Of a stretch of 64,000 nt of DNA, positions 44,736-52,188 are shown piece after piece. Made by a program: the position numbers and the translations under genes. Under the pieces are notes generated by a model that was given only the letters and a program-made list of their open reading frames with translations, was not told the DNA's origin and searched no databases. The DNA is from a virus, in IMG/VR virus record IMGVR_UViG_3300045988_183505, positions 63,428 to 127,427 of that record; one strand, 5' to 3'. Numbering within the stretch: the stretch's first letter is position 1; every line of letters starts with the position of its first letter.

Positions 44736-45140
44736 TTATTCTTTCCCGAATGCTTCCTCAGAGATTTTTTCCATATTATCAAATGCGTTGTCAACGACCT
44801 CATAGCGAACCGCCAGCGTCAGCTTAAACAAGTCATACACTTCCTGTTCTTTGTTTATGCTGACAGCAACCCAGTTTCCAGTAGGCTCGCAGAAATACAC
44901 AAGAAAGTCGGTGAAATCTTCTGGCTTTTCCGAGTGCCACACACGGAGAATATCGCTTTCAAAGATTCTCCGGACGTTTGCATCATAGAATCCGGTAAAT
45001 TCGCATAACGTCTCCGGATAGACGTGATAATCTGTATCGCCCTGTCGGATATAGTAGTTTTTCTCATCGTCTTTGAAGAAATACCCTTCTACCCACCGTG
45101 CATTGCTTGTTCGCTTTGCTCTGAACAAAATTTCTCTCAT
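44736..45140 (-). CDS. YopX-family phage protein (paralog 3)
   Basis: MREILFRAKRTSNARWVEGYFF... Confidence 0.7.
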   Translation of the reverse strand: MREILFRAKRTSNARWVEGYFFKDDEKNYYIRQGDTDYHVYPETLCEFTGFYDANVRRIFESDILRVWHSEKPEDFTDFLVYFCEPTGNWVAVSINKEQEVYDLFKLTLAVRYEVVDNAFDNMEKISEEAFGKE

Positions 45141-45153
45141 AAAAAAACTTCCT

Positions 45154-46077
45154 TTACAGAATTATTTTTGCAAACAAGCTTTCCAGCACTGGAACTGCAA
45201 TGCTGTTTCCTGCTTGTTTGTATAAAGCCATTCGATACCTACCAGTCTTAGGTGTAACAGCCTCAGCCCTTTTGTAATCTTCGTCATTATACCCTTGCAA
45301 TCTCCAGCATTCCAACTCAGTCAAGTAACGATACCTACCTTGTCCGCAATCAACTACCTGAGCAGGTGTTCTGTCTTGCCTTGTTGTGATTGTATACGCA
45401 TAATCCTGAATCACTGTTGCCCTTTTGATTCCTTTGCCACCAATGGCTTGCAACACACTCGGTTGCGTAACATCATATACATTCGGGACAATTCGATTAT
45501 CCAAAAGAAACTCTGATATGTTTTTCATCGGTGTATGTGCTAAGCTATCAAAATCAAACGGACTGCTGCCGAGCGTTGACACTGTAAACACTCTTTGCCG
45601 TGCTTGCGGCAAACCAAAGCTTCTTGCGTCCAGTACAGCATATGCGTTGGCATATCCTAACTTCTCCATTTCATGCAGATAACGGTTGAAATTTGCTACC
45701 ATGTATTTTGACAAAACATTCTTCACATTTTCCCAGATAACGTATCTCGGTTTCCACACACCCATGTTTTGAATAATGTGAATTGTTTCCCACATCAGAC
45801 TTGACCGTGTTTCACTGCCTTCTGTGCCACCTTTCTGATGTCCTGCGATAGAGAAGTCCTGACATGGACTGCCGTGTATCAGAATATCTGGCTTCAAGTT
45901 CCACCCTACCACTGATTGTGTCTTATATTCCAACTCTTCCTTGAACATGGCGTTGTACGACCTGACAGCCTTTTTGTCTATTTCAACGTAATCAATAGCT
46001 TTGATAGGGATTCCAAGATTTCGTAAAGCACATCTCGGCGACCCGATTCCACCGAAAAGTTCCAGAATCTGAATCAT
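45154..46077 (-). CDS. DNA (cytosine-5)-methyltransferase
   Basis: Motif I LFGGIGS, motif IV GSPCQDFS, motif VI ENVKN, motif X QAGNSIAVPV. Confidence 0.9.
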   Translation of the reverse strand: MIQILELFGGIGSPRCALRNLGIPIKAIDYVEIDKKAVRSYNAMFKEELEYKTQSVVGWNLKPDILIHGSPCQDFSIAGHQKGGTEGSETRSSLMWETIHIIQNMGVWKPRYVIWENVKNVLSKYMVANFNRYLHEMEKLGYANAYAVLDARSFGLPQARQRVFTVSTLGSSPFDFDSLAHTPMKNISEFLLDNRIVPNVYDVTQPSVLQAIGGKGIKRATVIQDYAYTITTRQDRTPAQVVDCGQGRYRYLTELECWRLQGYNDEDYKRAEAVTPKTGRYRMALYKQAGNSIAVPVLESLFAKIIL

Positions 46078-46117
46078 GTATTTCCTTTCTCCAGAAAGTT
46101 TATCTGTTTTTGAATGA

Positions 46118-46390
46118 TTAAAGAATAGACTGAATCACCTCATCTTCGACTATAAATTTACACTTGACCTTTCGCACATCTATTGCTTCGGAATCGCCAA
46201 TGTAAAAAGAATCAAAGGCAGTTAAGTCAATCACAATTCTCTCGCCGACATAGTTTTCGTCCACGCACATATAAATATGGTCTGTGAAACGATGTTCTCT
46301 ATCGCCATATCTGAATGTGAACGTCTCTCCGTCTTTGAGTTCTGAAAACGAAACGTACACCGAAGGTGGAAAATACTTATGCTCGCTCAT
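46118..46390 (-). CDS. hypothetical protein
   Basis: 90-aa ORF in the array. Confidence 0.5.
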   Translation of the reverse strand: MSEHKYFPPSVYVSFSELKDGETFTFRYGDREHRFTDHIYMCVDENYVGERIVIDLTAFDSFYIGDSEAIDVRKVKCKFIVEDEVIQSIL

Positions 46391-46418
46391 CGTGTTACTC
46401 CTCTGTATTAAGGACAGA

Positions 46419-46946
46419 TTAGTTGTCGAAGACGTGTTCTTCGCAGTAATCGTGCCATTCCTTTTTCATGTCAGCGATAGCCTGTTCGTAGTCCTCTCCG
46501 TTCAGGATTCGTTCCAGTGCTTTCTTTCCGGCAGAGGCTCTTACATCGTTGCTGGAAGAATAAACATAGCCCTCAGCCTTCATGTAAGCATTTGCTCTGG
46601 GGTATTTCCGCACCAGTTCTTCCAGACTTGCTTCCGGCTTCTTCGGTGCTTTTCCCTCTGCACCGTCTTCGATAAAGTGACGGTAATCACTGTAGTATTT
46701 CTTCCATGCGATTGAAGCGTCTTCCAGTTCCTGCAATCCTTCAATTGCATTTATCTTTTTAAGCCGTTCCAGATGCTTCTGTTCTTCGATTGCCTTCTGC
46801 TCCTCAATATAGGCAATGATTTCATCTCTGTGTTCCATGATGTACACCTTATCGTCTTCATGTTTCAGAATTTCTCTCCTTACACAAAGGCTCTTGTTCG
46901 GGTTCACCCTGATAGTGTACTTCTTAACAATTTCCGGAATAGTCAT
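46419..46946 (-). CDS. hypothetical protein
   Basis: 175 aa, first gene after cassette D. Confidence 0.55.
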   Translation of the reverse strand: MTIPEIVKKYTIRVNPNKSLCVRREILKHEDDKVYIMEHRDEIIAYIEEQKAIEEQKHLERLKKINAIEGLQELEDASIAWKKYYSDYRHFIEDGAEGKAPKKPEASLEELVRKYPRANAYMKAEGYVYSSSNDVRASAGKKALERILNGEDYEQAIADMKKEWHDYCEEHVFDN

Positions 46947-47039
46947 AACTACTTCTCCTCAGTCTTGGATTTTTAGATTTTTGGGGGATTGAAATACGAA
47001 TTAAGATTAAAGAATTTATCGGGATTCTGTTCTCCCTTT

Positions 47040-47113
47040 GATATTATCATTATAGCATATCTTACGGTAGATATATTGTCATTTACTTTGCCAACTTGTA
47101 AACCTTTTGTAAA
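47040..47113 (-). promoter_or_regulatory. class-2 promoter/operator cassette (copy D)
   Basis: Minus strand reads TTTACAAAAGGTTTACA ... ATGACAATATATCTACCGTAAGATA-TGCTATAAT. Confidence 0.65.
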
Positions 47114-47126
47114 GGTCTGAAAACGT

Positions 47127-47157
47127 AAAAATCAGCCTATACCGCAGTACAGACTGA
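47127..47157 (-). terminator. Rho-independent terminator ending the 50.3-47.2 kb operon
   Basis: Same stem family as 39127-39160 (tcagcctata...tacagactga), followed by U5 on the minus strand. Confidence 0.6.
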
Positions 47158-47178
47158 CTTGTCATCGCTTTTTTCCTT

Positions 47179-47373
47179 TCACTTCTTACCTTTGATGTGC
47201 TGTGACATCACTTGTGGAGCAAGCTTTTGAATATGGTCAAGTATCACTTTAGATTCACAAAGTTGCACAAGCCCTTTCATAAAGCTTTGAAAATCAAAAA
47301 GTGCAATATCATTCAGATGTTCCTGTAACAATTTCAAAAACTTATCTGAACAATGTTCTCCAAAAAAGCACAT
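47179..47373 (-). CDS. hypothetical protein
   Basis: 64-aa ORF in the array. Confidence 0.45.
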   Translation of the reverse strand: MCFFGEHCSDKFLKLLQEHLNDIALFDFQSFMKGLVQLCESKVILDHIQKLAPQVMSQHIKGKK

Positions 47374-47378
47374 AACAC

Positions 47379-47747
47379 TTATGAAATTTTGAATATGAAA
47401 GCCATTGGTGTCAGCAAAATATGCAGTTCGATATTTTGCAAATCATACGCCGAAATTTGCAAATTATACGCACATATTTCAATCCATTCTTTTTCATTCA
47501 TTACCACAGCATCAATCGTAGCTTTCATGAGCAAGTCAGGAATCAATTCGTGGCACATATCAGACGCTTTACAAGAACTTTCGTGTATCGCAAATTCAGC
47601 GATTTTTGTTTTCTTTTTATCTCCGCAAAAAGAAATGTAAACATTGCTCCACGGAAGTCCCATTTCGTCATATCCGTTTTTCAAAAATGTTCCAGTTATT
47701 GCATCGCTGCGATAAATCGCATTCTCTGCGATGATTTTCCGTATCAT
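47379..47747 (-). CDS. hypothetical protein
   Basis: 122 aa, 4-nt overlap with the upstream gene. Confidence 0.55.
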   Translation of the reverse strand: MIRKIIAENAIYRSDAITGTFLKNGYDEMGLPWSNVYISFCGDKKKTKIAEFAIHESSCKASDMCHELIPDLLMKATIDAVVMNEKEWIEICAYNLQISAYDLQNIELHILLTPMAFIFKIS

Positions 47748-47938
47748 TCTGTTTCCTTTCTTCGCTCATAAAGCTCTGCCTTATACACGATTTCCTCAGC
47801 CGTGTAATGGTCAAATACGGAGTGAATATCTCCTTCCTCTCCACTGTCGAATGCGTCAGCAAATCTGTCGTCAAAGCAGCCGTCTTTCAGCCACTGCACC
47901 AGTTCTGTACTGGTCATTGGAGTTTTCTTCAATTTCAT
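47744..47938 (-). CDS. hypothetical protein
   Basis: 64 aa, acidic. Confidence 0.5.
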   Translation of the reverse strand: MKLKKTPMTSTELVQWLKDGCFDDRFADAFDSGEEGDIHSVFDHYTAEEIVYKAELYERRKETE

Positions 47939-47956
47939 ACCTCTTTTTGATTTTGT

Positions 47957-48466
47957 TTAATCGCCATATTCAAACGAACTTTTCTTCGGCTTTTTTGCCT
48001 TAGATTGTTTCTGCGAAGCTTTTGAGAAAGCAGTAGACTTCTGAGCCTCTTGCATCAGATTCTTCTGTTGCTGCTGGCTCTGACCTTGCTGGGATTGATT
48101 CTGCTGTGGAAGTCCTTGTTCTTCAGCTCTCGCAGCTCTTGCAGCAGCATCAAAAGTCTCGATTTTCTTCATCATGTCATACTGCTCTCCGATATTCGTG
48201 ACATCAAACTTTTCCACACACTGAGCAAACCACGGGAAGGTTCTTGTCATATTTTGGACTAAGTAATCAACCTGTGCCTTGCTAAGCGGTTCTTTGGAAA
48301 CATATCCAGACCATTGCCTATGTAAAAAGCCTTTTGATTTCATAAAGTCTTTGATTTCTCCATAGGCTTTTAAGTATTCCAGAGGTCTATTGGTAACACA
48401 ATAAGCATCTTTCAGCTTCTTTGTGTCCAAATCAAAGTTAATCGCTTTTCTCATTTGTTTAGCCAT
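47957..48466 (-). CDS. VapD-like (Cas2-fold) endoribonuclease with a Gln-rich tail
   Basis: KAINFDLDTKKLKDAY...AYGEIKDFMKSKGFLHRQWSGYVS...WF...V..FDVT is colinear with H. pylori VapD (YALAFDL...AYDDLRQELELLGFEWTQGSVYV...WF..SV.DIRAF). Confidence 0.7.
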   Translation of the reverse strand: MAKQMRKAINFDLDTKKLKDAYCVTNRPLEYLKAYGEIKDFMKSKGFLHRQWSGYVSKEPLSKAQVDYLVQNMTRTFPWFAQCVEKFDVTNIGEQYDMMKKIETFDAAARAARAEEQGLPQQNQSQQGQSQQQQKNLMQEAQKSTAFSKASQKQSKAKKPKKSSFEYGD

Positions 48467-48468
48467 GA

Positions 48469-48798
48469 TTAGTCACCATATTTGTTCTTGAAATCTTCAA
48501 TTTCCTTGAAAATATCTTCTGTACTGTCATCACTTGCATCGTACCATTCCATTTTATTGAGGTACTTCCCAAGCCAGCTTTCACGTAGAACGCCGGTTGC
48601 AATTCCAACTTCACTGAAAGAATCCTTCCCTTTGCCGATAGTGAAGACAAGATTTCCGTTTTCCGATTCCTGTTCCTTGAAATTGCATCTGGCAAAAGTA
48701 TTTCTCACAGTTTTGTACACTGCATTCAAATCGTGCTGTCGCATACTCAGCACCTTATCGTCATCAATTCCTATTGTAATTTTGTACAAGTAATCCAT
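48469..48798 (-). CDS. hypothetical protein immediately upstream of the VapD-like gene
   Basis: 109 aa with a 2-nt gap to the VapD-like gene. Confidence 0.55.
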   Translation of the reverse strand: MDYLYKITIGIDDDKVLSMRQHDLNAVYKTVRNTFARCNFKEQESENGNLVFTIGKGKDSFSEVGIATGVLRESWLGKYLNKMEWYDASDDSTEDIFKEIEDFKNKYGD

Positions 48799-48818
48799 AG
48801 TTTTTCCTACCTTTCGTA

Positions 48819-49313
48819 TTAGTTTTCTTTTGGAGAGCTTGCATTGAACTCTGCAACTTGCAGGAGTTTTTTTGCAATCTCATAGTTCTGTTCCCAGACA
48901 CTTTTTTGAACCGGCTGCACGTCCATAATGTTCAATAGAGCCAGAAGTTTCTTCCAAAGGTCTGCCTCTGCAACAGGTCTGCCTTGCTCAGTTTCCCAGT
49001 TGTTTTGCTGCCATTGCTGATACCGTTCCTGAATCAGCACGTCTCTGACATATCCACAGTTGATGTACAAGGAAACTTTTGAACCGGATTCAACCGCTTC
49101 GGAAAGTGTACGGTTCAGAGCTGCCAATGTTGCTGTCCGCAGCATTTCTGCCTGATTGCCGTCACTCTTGCCAAATGTAAGCGATGTCATCATTCCAGTA
49201 CAGCCGCTTGCTCTATCAAGTAGATATACGGTGGAGCAAGCTTTTGAAGACGCACAATTCCATACAGATTCCACATAGATGTCATAGTGTCTTTGGTTCA
49301 CGTTGCTACACAC
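48819..49313 (-). CDS. RNase H-fold protein with substituted catalytic residues (copy 1)
   Basis: LYINCGYVRDVLIQERYQQWQQNNWETEQGRPVAEADLWKKLLALL aligns with E. coli RNase HI [46 protein letters not shown]. By this alignment D10 becomes E, E48 is kept, D70 becomes N and D134 becomes E. Confidence 0.7.
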   Translation of the reverse strand: MCSNVNQRHYDIYVESVWNCASSKACSTVYLLDRASGCTGMMTSLTFGKSDGNQAEMLRTATLAALNRTLSEAVESGSKVSLYINCGYVRDVLIQERYQQWQQNNWETEQGRPVAEADLWKKLLALLNIMDVQPVQKSVWEQNYEIAKKLLQVAEFNASSPKEN

Positions 49314-49459
49314 TCCTTTTCCAGCCCCAGCTCTGGAGCAGGTTTCTTTGCCATAATCTCATCACAGGAGCGTTCTCGCCGATATTTCTTATCCAGCTCT
49401 GCCAGCTTTGCAGCTAACTGCTCCTTGGTATAGTTCATGAGATACTGTTCTTTTGACAT
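49298..49459 (-). CDS. conserved micro-ORF (53 aa), copy 1
   Basis: MSKEQYLMNYTKEQLAAKLAELDKKYRR... after the GGAG RBS. The N-terminus matches copy 2 (MTKEEYFMNYTKEQLAEML). Overlaps the RNase H-like gene. Confidence 0.6.
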   Translation of the reverse strand: MSKEQYLMNYTKEQLAAKLAELDKKYRRERSCDEIMAKKPAPELGLEKECVAT

Positions 49460-49556
49460 TTTCTTTTTTCTCCTATCTCAGGCTTCGCTTAGGGTACGGA
49501 ACAACTTTTTGTGTTAATATAATCGCTATAAATTCTTGTTCCATACCCTGTTCCGA

Positions 49557-49683
49557 TGGTGTCCGATGCAGGATTTGCACCTGCGTAGCACATCAAAAGC
49601 AATTGAAAGAACTGCACATGATTCAATCTACGAGAGAAAGAGGTTGCTTTGGACAATGCTGTTTTCACCTAAACTACTCGGAC
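49557..49683 (-). ncRNA. tRNA-shaped RNA 1 (127 nt) with a 60-nt insertion in the anticodon loop position
   Basis: Reading the minus strand: acceptor GTCCGAG/ATCGGAC, U8-A9, D arm GTTT-AGGTGA-AAAC. Anticodon stem GCATT/GATGT closes 60 nt. Variable region GCTAC, T arm GCAGG-TGCAAAT-CCTGC, discriminator A, then CCA. Confidence 0.55.
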
Positions 49684-49751
49684 ATTGTGAGGGAAAGCTA
49701 AATCAATGAAGAAAAAGCCTTCCCTCAGAAGATATATTGGAGTGAAAATGG

Positions 49752-49876
49752 TGGTGTCTGAGACAGGGATTGCACCTGCATTCTGTATCGTCTATCACTA
49801 CACAACTTCTCTCTTACGTTGCGTTTTGCGAACAGCTTTTGCTCCAGTTACAGTGTTTTACTTAAACTACTCAGAC
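49752..49876 (-). ncRNA. tRNA-shaped RNA 2 (125 nt) with a 61-nt insertion in the anticodon loop position
   Basis: Perfect acceptor GTCTGAG/CTCAGAC, U8-A9, D arm GTTT-AAGTA-AAAC. Stem CTGTA/TACAG closes 61 nt. T arm GCAGG-TGCAATC-CCTGT, then A-CCA(CCA). Confidence 0.55.
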
Positions 49877-50054
49877 GCAAGACGGAGAAATGGAAAAACT
49901 CCGTCCTGTAAGATATATAAAAGGAGATGTTAATGGTATAACAGGCTCAAATGGGATAAAACCCTGCTATACCGAAAGGAAGCCGAATCACAGGAGCGAC
50001 CTGCTTTTCGGCGTTTGACAGGCTATCACCGCCACGCCATGAGTTTCACATATA
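49877..50054 (-). ncRNA. structured leader RNA upstream of the tRNA-like pair
   Basis: Three minus-strand hairpins: GCCGAA..CAGG-tcgct-CCTG..TTCGGC; GGTATAGCAGG/CCTGTTATACC (11 bp, one G.U, so minus-strand specific); GACGGAG/CTCCGTC just before the tRNA-like RNA. Confidence 0.35.
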
Positions 50055-50228
50055 TTACGTCTCGTTCAGTTTCAACCGTCTTCTGATTACTCCAACCACA
50101 GACGAATTGTCCTTTTCAGCCAGCTTTTTAAGCTTTTCATATTCGGAATTTGTTAAAACCAACGACACACGTTTTCTGGAAGCAATATACTTCTTCTGGG
50201 CTTTCTTCGCCGCTGCCGTCTTCGACAC
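50055..50228 (-). CDS. small ribbon-helix-helix (CopG/Arc-like) protein
   Basis: GTG start after AGGGAAG. 57 aa: ...KKYIASRKRVSLVLTNSEYEKLKKLAEKDNSSVVGVIRRRL. Below the ORF-track cutoff. Confidence 0.5.
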   Translation of the reverse strand: MSKTAAAKKAQKKYIASRKRVSLVLTNSEYEKLKKLAEKDNSSVVGVIRRRLKLNET

Positions 50229-50280
50229 TGGTACTTCCCTGCCTTTCTAAAGTCCATAGTTCACATAAACGGATAATCTA

Positions 50281-50309
50281 ATTATACACTATCTGCTGTT
50301 TGCTGTCAC
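50281..50309 (-). promoter_or_regulatory. promoter of the RHH / tRNA-like / RNase H-like / VapD operon
   Basis: Minus strand reads GTGACA-GCAAACAGCAGATAGTG-TATAAT with a 17-nt spacer. Confidence 0.55.
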
Positions 50310-50342
50310 ACTCTGTAACATCAACGGGATAGTCTCTGCAAA

Positions 50343-50687
50343 TCACGCTCCCTTTTCCCAAGTGTCTTCAAATTCACCTCTGTGAATCCAGCGTACACCT
50401 GTTACATAGTTTTCTCTGTCCATACAGCATCTGTTGTATGAGCAGTCTGCACAAGGCGAATATTTTGAATCAGGCGTAGTCGCATGACAAAGGTCTTTCA
50501 TCAGCTTTTCAATTTCATCAACAGCTGTTTTCAGCATACCTTGCATCTTCTTCACATCGTCTATTGCTTGAATCGCACTACGCAGTGTTTCCTCATCAGC
50601 ATCAGTTACATAGCAAACAGCATAATCAGTAGCTGTGGCTTCTTCGAGAATCTCCTGCAATGCCTTTCGTGTATCAGTCAGTGTCAT
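50343..50687 (-). CDS. hypothetical protein
   Basis: 114-aa ORF in the array. Confidence 0.55.
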   Translation of the reverse strand: MTLTDTRKALQEILEEATATDYAVCYVTDADEETLRSAIQAIDDVKKMQGMLKTAVDEIEKLMKDLCHATTPDSKYSPCADCSYNRCCMDRENYVTGVRWIHRGEFEDTWEKGA

Positions 50688-50751
50688 GTCAGACCAGCTC
50701 CTTCGTCAGTTCTTTTTCATATCAGCTTTTCGATTTCATCAACAACTGTTT

Positions 50752-51327
50752 TCAGTATACTTCTTCCTTCGAGAAAAGCAGCAGAGTAAAAACACCTACA
50801 ACAAATAGCGATGATGCCGAAGCAACTGCTATTTGCCAAGTGCTTTTTTCACCATCTTCAATCAGTTCCTTCTGAATTGCTGTTGTATCATAATTCTCAT
50901 CATCTGTCAGAATCACTTTTTCACCGTCAGAAAGTTTATCCAATTGACACTGAATCAGAACTGCCTGCTCCGGCTTTCTGGAAAACATTTCTTTTGATAC
51001 ATCAGCCGTTACCGTTTCATCTGGGCTTATCTGCACTTCTGCCTGATAGGTGGTTTTGTTCTTTGTTGCCTTTTCCACATAACTGATTCCGGAATCAATT
51101 TTTGTTCTGGTTTCAGTCACAGTCGTATCGAAAAGTCTGTTCATCAAAAGAGGGGACAAAAGTACAATAAGGCACATCACCAGAACTGTAGTTATATTTA
51201 TCGCAGTCATAATTTTCTTGTTTTTTCCCACTAAGTCCATCAATGGACACATGAGTATCACAACAAAAATCGAACAAAAAATAAAGAACATAAAAATTAC
51301 CAGCTGCAATCCAGCGACAGTACCCAT
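50752..51327 (-). CDS. membrane protein
   Basis: 191 aa with two N-terminal and one C-terminal TM helices. Confidence 0.6.
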   Translation of the reverse strand: MGTVAGLQLVIFMFFIFCSIFVVILMCPLMDLVGKNKKIMTAINITTVLVMCLIVLLSPLLMNRLFDTTVTETRTKIDSGISYVEKATKNKTTYQAEVQISPDETVTADVSKEMFSRKPEQAVLIQCQLDKLSDGEKVILTDDENYDTTAIQKELIEDGEKSTWQIAVASASSLFVVGVFTLLLFSKEEVY

Positions 51328-51342
51328 ACTACTTTCCCTTTC

Positions 51343-51822
51343 TTAGCAGTTCACCAAATTTTCGTTGATGAACTTCGTGATTTCCGTGTTATCCTGCATA
51401 CAGGACAAACGCAGCCCGACTGTCGGATTGTTGCGACATTCGCAACTTTTTCCAGCTTTCAAATAGAACCACCAGATTCGTTCTGTTGCTCCCACTGCGT
51501 CCTTGTAATCATCAACACTGCAACAACTGAGTTCATTCATCTGGAGCAGGTTGACAGCTCTGTGAAGCACTTCTGTGCCGTTCACTGTTTCTCTCCTGAA
51601 AAGGCATCGGTGCAAGACGGTTCTTCTGGACGCTTTGCTGACCACCAGCACTGCATCTTTCCATTCACCGTTGCTCTTATAAGAACCTTCATAAATGGCA
51701 TATGGTGCAGTTTTGGGAATCAAACCATTCCCCCACAAGACTTCTTTGACCTCATCAGCGTATTTCAGCTGAATCAGCTGAACCTTTTTCTCCAGCCGAA
51801 TCCAGTAATAATTATCAGCCAT
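51343..51822 (-). CDS. hypothetical protein
   Basis: 159-aa ORF in the array. Confidence 0.55.
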   Translation of the reverse strand: MADNYYWIRLEKKVQLIQLKYADEVKEVLWGNGLIPKTAPYAIYEGSYKSNGEWKDAVLVVSKASRRTVLHRCLFRRETVNGTEVLHRAVNLLQMNELSCCSVDDYKDAVGATERIWWFYLKAGKSCECRNNPTVGLRLSCMQDNTEITKFINENLVNC

Positions 51823-51842
51823 GTTTCTTCACCTCTGCTTTT

Positions 51843-52175
51843 TCAGGAAATGATGAATGACTGCTGCCGTACCTTTTCAGGCAACGTGTATGCGAAAGCT
51901 TTTGCATAGCCGTCAAACAACTGTATAATTGCAATAGTTTCTCCGCATTGAAAGCGAGGAACTTCCTGCTCTCTCCGTCTCCGTGCTGTCAGCATGATTG
52001 CTCCTGCTTCGAGGGAAAGCTTGCCGTTTTCGCTCATCAGCTCAAATGGAAAGCCATCAATTTTGCACTTCATGCCTACATGAAAATCATACTTTTCGTA
52101 GTCCTTGACAGGCGTAACCATGTCAATCATCAGCTGTGGCATCTGAATAGCTTCCAAAATGTTGATTTCTTTCAT
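51843..52175 (-). CDS. hypothetical protein
   Basis: 110-aa ORF in the array. Confidence 0.55.
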   Translation of the reverse strand: MKEINILEAIQMPQLMIDMVTPVKDYEKYDFHVGMKCKIDGFPFELMSENGKLSLEAGAIMLTARRRREQEVPRFQCGETIAIIQLFDGYAKAFAYTLPEKVRQQSFIIS

Positions 52176-52188
52176 GTTTCCTCGCTCC

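Noticed and set aside
49557-49876. Calling the tRNA-shaped elements ordinary tRNA genes (type tRNA with an anticodon)
   Set aside because: Their anticodon arms are non-canonical, with 60-61-nt insertions here and a 10-nt loop at 62711-62790. The T-loops have G55. No consistent anticodon can be read, so they are reported as ncRNA.
48819-50309. Retron or DGR interpretation of structured RNA next to RNase H-like genes
   Set aside because: No reverse-transcriptase ORF (no YxDD-containing protein) exists anywhere in the window. No template/variable repeat pair was seen.
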